The position numbers were made by a program, and so were the translations under genes. Positions 58,157 to 64,000 of a stretch of 64,000 nucleotides of DNA are shown here, piece by piece; position 1 is the first letter of the stretch, and every line of letters begins with the position of its first letter. The notes under the pieces are model-generated. The model worked only from the letters and a program-made list of their open reading frames with translations. It ran no database searches and was not told where the DNA came from. This DNA comes from an uncultured Candidatus Saccharibacteria bacterium (GTDB taxonomy: Bacteria > Patescibacteriota > Minisyncoccia > UBA6257 > XYB1-36-10): the NCBI GenBank assembly GCA_964362215.1, contig CAYIDJ010000001.1, forward strand, positions 13,151 through 77,150. The letters run 5' to 3'.

Positions 58157-58747
58157 TTATTTTTTCCCGTTTGACTTCACAATCTCGTCAATAATCCCGT
58201 ACTTCTTCGCCTCTTCCGCTGACAGGTAAAAATCGCGGTCGGTGTCTTTTTCTATTTTTGAGGGTGACTGCTTGGTGTGGCGGACTAAAATGTCGTTTAT
58301 CTGCTTTTTAATCTTCAAAATTTGCTTGGCGCTTATCTCAATATCGCTCGCCTGTCCCTCAAATCCGCCCATTGGCTGGTGCAGCATTATTTGTGAATTA
58401 GGCAGGGCTATCCGCTTTCCCTTCTCCCCTGCCGCCAGTAGCACCGCCGCCATTGACGCCGCTATACCCACGCATACCGTTGACACGTTCGGCTTTACAA
58501 ACTGCATCGTATCGTAAATGGCCATTCCCGCCGTCACCGACCCGCCCGGGCTGTTGATATAGAGCTTAATGTCCTTTTTCTGGTCCTCATGCTCTAAAAA
58601 CAGCAATTGAGCGATAATGGTGTTGGCTACCGGGTCTACGATCGGCCCGCCCAAAAACACTATCCTTTCCTTCAAAAGACGTGAATATATATCAAACGCC
58701 CTCTCCCCAAACTGACTTTTCTCTATTACCGTCGGAATTAAATTCAT
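58157..58747 (-). CDS. clpP: ATP-dependent Clp protease proteolytic subunit
   Basis: [30 protein letters not shown]. Confidence 0.98.
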   Translation of the reverse strand: MNLIPTVIEKSQFGERAFDIYSRLLKERIVFLGGPIVDPVANTIIAQLLFLEHEDQKKDIKLYINSPGGSVTAGMAIYDTMQFVKPNVSTVCVGIAASMAAVLLAAGEKGKRIALPNSQIMLHQPMGGFEGQASDIEISAKQILKIKKQINDILVRHTKQSPSKIEKDTDRDFYLSAEEAKKYGIIDEIVKSNGKK

Positions 58748-58910
58748 ATTCTTTATAATAAACGATTATTCCACTACCGTCAAATACATAAACCACAATT
58801 CATCTATAAATAAAAGTTACCTTGAGGTAACTACCTTAAGTCCAACTCCATCCCCCTATGGTTGGCAACTTAAAAAGCATCTCACTGATATACGATTACA
58901 ATATTAATTA

Positions 58911-59120
58911 GATAACTCACTAATATATTCGAGCGCGCATCCGAGGTCGAGCGGGCACGGTCTGAGCGCTTAAATTTCTCAATTTGAGCGCTCGGGAGCG
59001 AGACCGAGGCGTAGTCCATTCTCTCGTCCCGATTTTTGTTCACAAAAATCGAGGATTCTCGATAGCGAAGCTATCGGAACTAGGAGAATGGACGGTAGCG
59101 AAAATACATTAGTGAGTCAT
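58911..59120 (+). repeat. Structured element family A, copy 3, with nested family D module (59027-59079)
   Basis: Compensatory GGTC/GACC replacing GCCC/GGGC. Confidence 0.88.
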
Positions 59121-59157
59121 CCGCACTTACAACCTACTATACTATCAAATCATCCAC

Positions 59158-60186
59158 TTATATTTTCTCCAACCATCTAAACACCTTTTCATTCTTCACT
59201 TTCCCATAACCAAAATCATATAACTGCTGCAAATTCACTTCCCTTTTTTTACTCTCCGACACTGCTGCTAAATGACGATTCATCTCCTCTTGCGTCTCCT
59301 CCTGCGTCGGTATCACCTTTTCTTCTTTGGCTATCGCGTCCAGAACCAAATGCGCTCTTATCTCCTTTTCTGCCTGCTGTTTCAAAGCTTCACTTAATTT
59401 TTCCCCGCTCTCATAATACTTTTTAACGTACTCGTCAAAAGTTATATTCCCCTCGTTCAAACTTTGTTTCAATTCCTCCTTCATATTTTCCGCCGCTCTC
59501 TCCGTCATCATCGCCGGCACCGTCAACCGCGCTCCTCTTATCGCCTCCTCCAATATTCTGGCGCGGTTTTTATCCGCTTCCCTTACCTTTTTTTCCGCCA
59601 CCAGCCCTTCGCGAATACTGTCTTTAAGTTCTGCCACACTCTTAAAATTGCCGAAACTTTTTGCTTCCTCATCCGTCAATTCCGTTTTCTTTTCTTTATC
59701 CCCTTCCCGCTTCTTCTCTCGTGACGCCCTAAGCCACCCTATCGCTTGCTCCACCTCCTCCTCGGTGACTTTTATGTTTTTTAGCTTTTCTCCTAATTCC
59801 TGATTCGCTTGTTTAGCCGCCGCTTTATACTCGCCTAACTTTACTTCCGGAAAAGGCACTACTCTGGCCTCATATGTCAGTCCTTCGTTGTCTTCTTTTA
59901 TTGTCACCTGCGGCGGCGCAACCAGCGTCCATTCTTTTTCGCTTACTATATTCTTCAGTGTTTTTTTAATTGCCATCTCCGCCGCGGCGTTAAAAATTTT
60001 TTCTTTATTGAGGTAAGGATTCACCATCTCGGCTGGCGCCTGTCCTCGTCTGAACCCCCTTATTTCTACCTGGCTTGCTTCTGCCGCTTCCGCCGCCTCC
60101 CAATATTCCTTAAATTCTTCCCTTTGTAGTTTTATCTCTATCGCCAAACTGCCGTCTCCTTTATCTTCTATTTTTTCTTCCGCCAT
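59158..60186 (-). CDS. tig: Trigger factor lacking the PPIase domain
   Basis: IRGFRRGQAP ribosome-binding motif, C-domain, upstream of clpP. Confidence 0.85.
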   Translation of the reverse strand: MAEEKIEDKGDGSLAIEIKLQREEFKEYWEAAEAAEASQVEIRGFRRGQAPAEMVNPYLNKEKIFNAAAEMAIKKTLKNIVSEKEWTLVAPPQVTIKEDNEGLTYEARVVPFPEVKLGEYKAAAKQANQELGEKLKNIKVTEEEVEQAIGWLRASREKKREGDKEKKTELTDEEAKSFGNFKSVAELKDSIREGLVAEKKVREADKNRARILEEAIRGARLTVPAMMTERAAENMKEELKQSLNEGNITFDEYVKKYYESGEKLSEALKQQAEKEIRAHLVLDAIAKEEKVIPTQEETQEEMNRHLAAVSESKKREVNLQQLYDFGYGKVKNEKVFRWLEKI

Positions 60187-60194
60187 AACTTTTT

Positions 60195-62198
60195 TTACAG
60201 CCAACTGGCTATTAACAACGCCACAATATTCATCACCTTTATCAGCGGGTTGATTGCCGGCCCAGCCGTGTCCTTATAAGGGTCGCCGACCGTGTCTCCC
60301 GTTATCGCCGCCTTATGTGTCTCCGAACCCTTGCCGCCCCCATACCCCTTTTCTATATATTTTTTAGCATTGTCCCAAGCCGCTCCGCCGGAAGTCATTG
60401 ATAGCGCCACAAAAAGTCCCGCCACTATCGCTCCGATTAAAAGGCCTCCCAGCGCCACTGGCCCTAAAATAAATCCTACCAAAAGCACCGCGGCAATCGG
60501 TATTCCGGCTGGCACTATCATCTCCCTAATCGCCGCTTTAGTAACTATATCCACCGCCTTTCCGTATTCCGGCTTGGCGGTTCGTTCCATAATTCCCGGT
60601 ATCTCTCTAAACTGCCGGCGCACTTCTTCTACTACCGCTCCTGCCGCCTTCCCTACCGATTTCATTGCCATCGAGGCGAACAAATACGGTACCGCCGCGC
60701 CCAAAAACAATCCCGCTAAGAGATATGGGTCTCGCAGGTCAAACGCCACCGCTTTTTCCGCCAGCTCTTCCGCGTATCCTCCAAACAGTACCAGCGCCGC
60801 CAACCCCGCCGAAGCAATGGCATATCCCTTGGTTATCGCTTTAGTTGTGTTTCCTACCGCGTCCAACGCGTCCGTCACCTTTCTGATTTCCTCCGGCGCC
60901 TCCGTCATCTCGGCGATGCCGCCGGCGTTGTCTGTTATCGGACCGAATGAATCAATGGACACAATCATACCCGCCACCGACAGCATCCCCACTGCCGCTA
61001 CCGCCACTCCGTAAATGCCGGCAAGATAAAAACTCAAAATCATTCCTCCGGCGATTACCGCGATCGGCAACGCTGTTGCCTCCATTCCCACCGCCAACCC
61101 CATAATGATATTTGTTCCGTGGCCCGATTGCGACGCCTTCGCTATGCTTTTAACCGGCCGATACTTAACCGATGTGTAGTAATCGGTTATTCCGACCATT
61201 AAAATCGTAACCGCCAATCCTGTTACCGCCGCGTAAAACAGGCTCGTGAATTGTTCCGCTGGCAACATCGCTTTTGAAGCGAAATAAAACAACACCGCCG
61301 ACAGCCCCAAAGACACCCACAACCCCTTATATAGCGCTCCCATAATTCTGTTGGCGTGCCATTCCTCCTCCCCGCCGCTTTTTCGGCTTATCTTCACAAA
61401 AAAAGTTCCAACAATAGAAGCTAATATCGCCAACCCTCCTAAAACCAGCGGGTAAATTGTGTATACTCCCCCTCCCATTATTGCCACTCCCAAAAGTATC
61501 GCCGCCGTAATCGTTACGGTATATGTCTCAAATAAGTCCGCCGCCATTCCGGCGCAATCGCCGACGTTATCGCCCACGTTATCCGCGATCACCGCCGGGT
61601 TTCGCGGGTCATCCTCCGGAATGCCCGCCTCCATCTTTCCCACTAAATCCGCTCCCACGTCAGCGGCTTTTGTGTATATTCCTCCTCCCAACCTGGCGAA
61701 GACCGAAATCAAACTGGCGCCGAACCCCATGCCGATTAAAACGCCCACATTATTCGTATACAAATAAAATCCTGCCGTGACGAGAAGTGCCATCGCCACG
61801 ACAATCAGTCCTGTTACCGTTCCCGCGCGGAAAGCCAATTCCATTGCCCTCTTGAGTCCGTTCTTGGCCGCCTCCGTTGTTCTGGCGTTTGACCTTACGG
61901 CCACGTTCATTCCCACATAACCAGCTAAAGTTGACGCCGCCGCTCCCGCTAAAAACCCCATTCCCTCCGCCACCCCTATAAAATAAGCCACCGCCGCCAA
62001 GAGCGCCGCCGCGACTATTGCCACCGCCTTATACTGCCTGTTTAAATACGCTCTTGACCCTTCTAAAATTGCTCTGGAAATCTCTCTCATCTTCTCATTA
62101 CCCTGTGGTTGCTTGCCTATCCACCACGCGATATACGCGCTGTAAGCGATCGCTAAAATCACCGGCCCGAATATTAAATAATAAATTATTTCACTCAT
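60195..62198 (-). CDS. hppA: Membrane-bound pyrophosphatase, K+-independent type
   Basis: [39 protein letters not shown]. Confidence 0.96.
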   Translation of the reverse strand: MSEIIYYLIFGPVILAIAYSAYIAWWIGKQPQGNEKMREISRAILEGSRAYLNRQYKAVAIVAAALLAAVAYFIGVAEGMGFLAGAAASTLAGYVGMNVAVRSNARTTEAAKNGLKRAMELAFRAGTVTGLIVVAMALLVTAGFYLYTNNVGVLIGMGFGASLISVFARLGGGIYTKAADVGADLVGKMEAGIPEDDPRNPAVIADNVGDNVGDCAGMAADLFETYTVTITAAILLGVAIMGGGVYTIYPLVLGGLAILASIVGTFFVKISRKSGGEEEWHANRIMGALYKGLWVSLGLSAVLFYFASKAMLPAEQFTSLFYAAVTGLAVTILMVGITDYYTSVKYRPVKSIAKASQSGHGTNIIMGLAVGMEATALPIAVIAGGMILSFYLAGIYGVAVAAVGMLSVAGMIVSIDSFGPITDNAGGIAEMTEAPEEIRKVTDALDAVGNTTKAITKGYAIASAGLAALVLFGGYAEELAEKAVAFDLRDPYLLAGLFLGAAVPYLFASMAMKSVGKAAGAVVEEVRRQFREIPGIMERTAKPEYGKAVDIVTKAAIREMIVPAGIPIAAVLLVGFILGPVALGGLLIGAIVAGLFVALSMTSGGAAWDNAKKYIEKGYGGGKGSETHKAAITGDTVGDPYKDTAGPAINPLIKVMNIVALLIASWL

Positions 62199-62229
62199 TT
62201 TTTTATTCCCTAATTTTAATTTTTAATCT

Positions 62230-62257
62230 GTCATTCTGAAGCCTTGCCGAAGAATCT
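62230..62257 (+). repeat. REP-like GTCATT palindrome (second type)
   Basis: GTCATTCTGAAGCCTTGCCGAAGAATCT, compare 251-286. Confidence 0.7.
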
Positions 62258-62405
62258 TCTCCCTAGTTGCTAGTCTGACGCTTAGTCGGACTCCGACCCC
62301 TTTAGGCGTCAAGATCCCGTATCCACAGAAATCAAAATCTTTTATTTATTCTTCTTGTCATTCCCCTCCTCTCCCATAATTCTATATTCGTCGTTTGATA
62401 ATTCG

Positions 62406-63758
62406 TTATTCGTCATTTTTTTCCTCCGGCTTTACGGACTTTTCGTCTTCATCTTTTTGCTCTATTTCCTTTTCCTCCCCTTCCGCTACTGTTTCTGGTT
62501 CTTCTGTAGTCGGCTCCGCTGCTGTATCAGAATTTTCTTGAGCTGGAGTTTTATTTGCATTCTCTCCCTCTTCCGTTACTACCCCTCCCTCCACCTGTTC
62601 CTCCGGTTTGAGTATTGATCTTACGTCAATCTTAAATCCCGTCAATTTCGCCGCTAACCTCACGTTCTGTCCGCCGCGTCCGATGGCCAGCGACAACTGG
62701 TCTTCCGGCACGAATACTTTTACTTCCCGCCTTTCTCCCATTTCTGTTCCTGTTACCTTTGCCGGCGACAAGGAGTTGGCCACATACGCCTCCGGGTCTT
62801 CCGACCACTCAATTATGTCAATTTTCTCTTGTCCCACCTCATTATTTACCGCCATCACCCTCGTGCCTCTCTGCCCCACAAAACTTCCCACCGCGTCCAC
62901 TCCCGGGTCGTTGGAAGCCACCGCTATCTTAGTTCTACTTCCCGCCTCTCTGGCGATTCCTTTTATTTCCACTGTTCCATCCGTTATCTCCGGCACCTCG
63001 CTTTCAAATAATTTGCTGATGAATTTAGGATGGTTGCGCGAAAGCACGATACTCGGTCCCTTAATCTCGTCTTGTACGGCCGTTACTAAAAACTTCAACC
63101 TCTCCCCTACTCGGTAGTGTTCGCCCGGAATTGATTCGTGCCTAAACATCACTCCCTCTGTTCGTCCCAGATCCGCGTATACATTCCCTCTTTCAAATCG
63201 TCTCACTACTCCCGAAACCACTCTTCCCTCGCGGTCTTTAAACTCTTCCATTACCGACACCCTTTCCACCTCCCTCAATCTCTGTAGTATGTTTTGCTTG
63301 GCGGTCTGGGCGGCAATCCGTCCAAACTCCGCCTCCGGCGCCGGCAATTCAAAACTCATCTCCTCTCCCACCGCCGCCTCCGGCTTTATTTTTTTTGCTT
63401 CCTCAATCAAAATATGCCGGTCTGGATTATAGCGCGGCCTCTCGTCCCCTTCCTCTTTATCTTCTTCTTTCGGTGCCCCTTCTTTTTCTGCTCCTACTCC
63501 CGCTTCCGCTTCCGCCCGCATCTCCTCCTCACTCATTATTTTCACCGTTGTCTCATCCTCCACTGTCTTTGTTTGATAAAACTCCGTTTCGCCGGTATTC
63601 AAATCAAGACGTGCCTTTATCGCCATTCCTTTATGTCCGTACTCTCGGCGGTAAGCGGCCGCTATGGACGTCTCCACAATATCCAGCACTTTCTCGCTGT
63701 CTATTTTTTTCTCCTCCGCTATCTGGTCAATTACCTTCGCTAATTCTTTTAAATTCAT
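62406..63758 (-). CDS. nusA: Transcription termination factor NusA
   Basis: FGRIAAQTAKQ, EVPEI, AREAGSRTKIAV, SLAIGRGGQNVRLA. Confidence 0.97.
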   Translation of the reverse strand: MNLKELAKVIDQIAEEKKIDSEKVLDIVETSIAAAYRREYGHKGMAIKARLDLNTGETEFYQTKTVEDETTVKIMSEEEMRAEAEAGVGAEKEGAPKEEDKEEGDERPRYNPDRHILIEEAKKIKPEAAVGEEMSFELPAPEAEFGRIAAQTAKQNILQRLREVERVSVMEEFKDREGRVVSGVVRRFERGNVYADLGRTEGVMFRHESIPGEHYRVGERLKFLVTAVQDEIKGPSIVLSRNHPKFISKLFESEVPEITDGTVEIKGIAREAGSRTKIAVASNDPGVDAVGSFVGQRGTRVMAVNNEVGQEKIDIIEWSEDPEAYVANSLSPAKVTGTEMGERREVKVFVPEDQLSLAIGRGGQNVRLAAKLTGFKIDVRSILKPEEQVEGGVVTEEGENANKTPAQENSDTAAEPTTEEPETVAEGEEKEIEQKDEDEKSVKPEEKNDE

Positions 63759-63774
63759 ACGTTTGTTTTTTTGT

Positions 63775-63801
63775 GTCATTCCAGCGAAAGCTGGAATCCA
63801 G
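63775..63801 (+). repeat. REP-like GTCATT palindrome
   Basis: GTCATTCCAGCGAAAGCTGGAATCCAG. Confidence 0.8.
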
Positions 63802-63960
63802 CTCAATATCCCATCACTAATTTTCGACTTTAAACTTTCTACTTATTAAAACGGCCCGCTCTCCGCGGACCGCCAGTAACCATTCCCCGCCATTATATAC
63901 CAAGCATTTCCTCCCTGTCAACCCCGCTACATTATAAACAGGATACTCACTAAATAAAGC

Positions 63961-64000
63961 AAGCACCTTTCTTGCGAGACCGCGCGCCAGCCCGACCGAA
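63961..64000 (+). repeat. Structured element family B, copy 8 (truncated by the window end)
   Basis: GAGACCGCGCG followed by CCAGCCCGACC, like the insertion in copy 3. Confidence 0.65.

Noticed and set aside
63759-63806. Longer NusA start (MSWIPAFAGMT)
   Set aside because: This peptide is the antisense translation of the GTCATT palindrome; the real start is MNLKEL at 63758.
938-63849. Many Pro/Ser-rich or Gly-rich overlapping ORFs in the track (e.g. 938-1228, 27240-27884, 60292-61014)
   Set aside because: Shadow frames produced by the extreme C-skew; they overlap well-supported genes and show no motifs.

Overview
64-kb chromosomal segment of a small-genome bacterium, most likely Patescibacteria/CPR (Parcubacteria-like, standard code). 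It carries housekeeping genes (rny, secG, holA, rpsT, rplT-rpmI-infC, ssrA-smpB, ileS, rnj, polA, ruvB/ruvC, dnaN-dnaA-rpmH-rnpA-yidC-jag, clpP, tig, hppA, nusA), six tRNAs, tmRNA, a toxin-antitoxin cluster, a 1763-aa surface protein and a PilB/GspE ATPase. The + strand is strongly C-rich throughout, with no skew inversion at dnaA. The most striking unexplained signal is a superfamily of about 14 intergenic, multi-branched structured elements (families A, B, C and a tRNA-Leu-linked one). They have covarying stems and shared GA/GA and GGA/GA internal loops, all lie on the + strand regardless of neighbouring genes, and smaller hairpin modules are nested inside them without target duplication. 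Also notable are an integrase-free tandem islet at tRNA-Leu, a repeat-delimited TA cassette array, an orphan DGR-target-like gene, an IleRS with an inserted histidine-phosphatase domain, a probably inactive GpmI, and unannotated small ORFs and a candidate sRNA. All calls come from reading the sequence by eye; no database searches were run.
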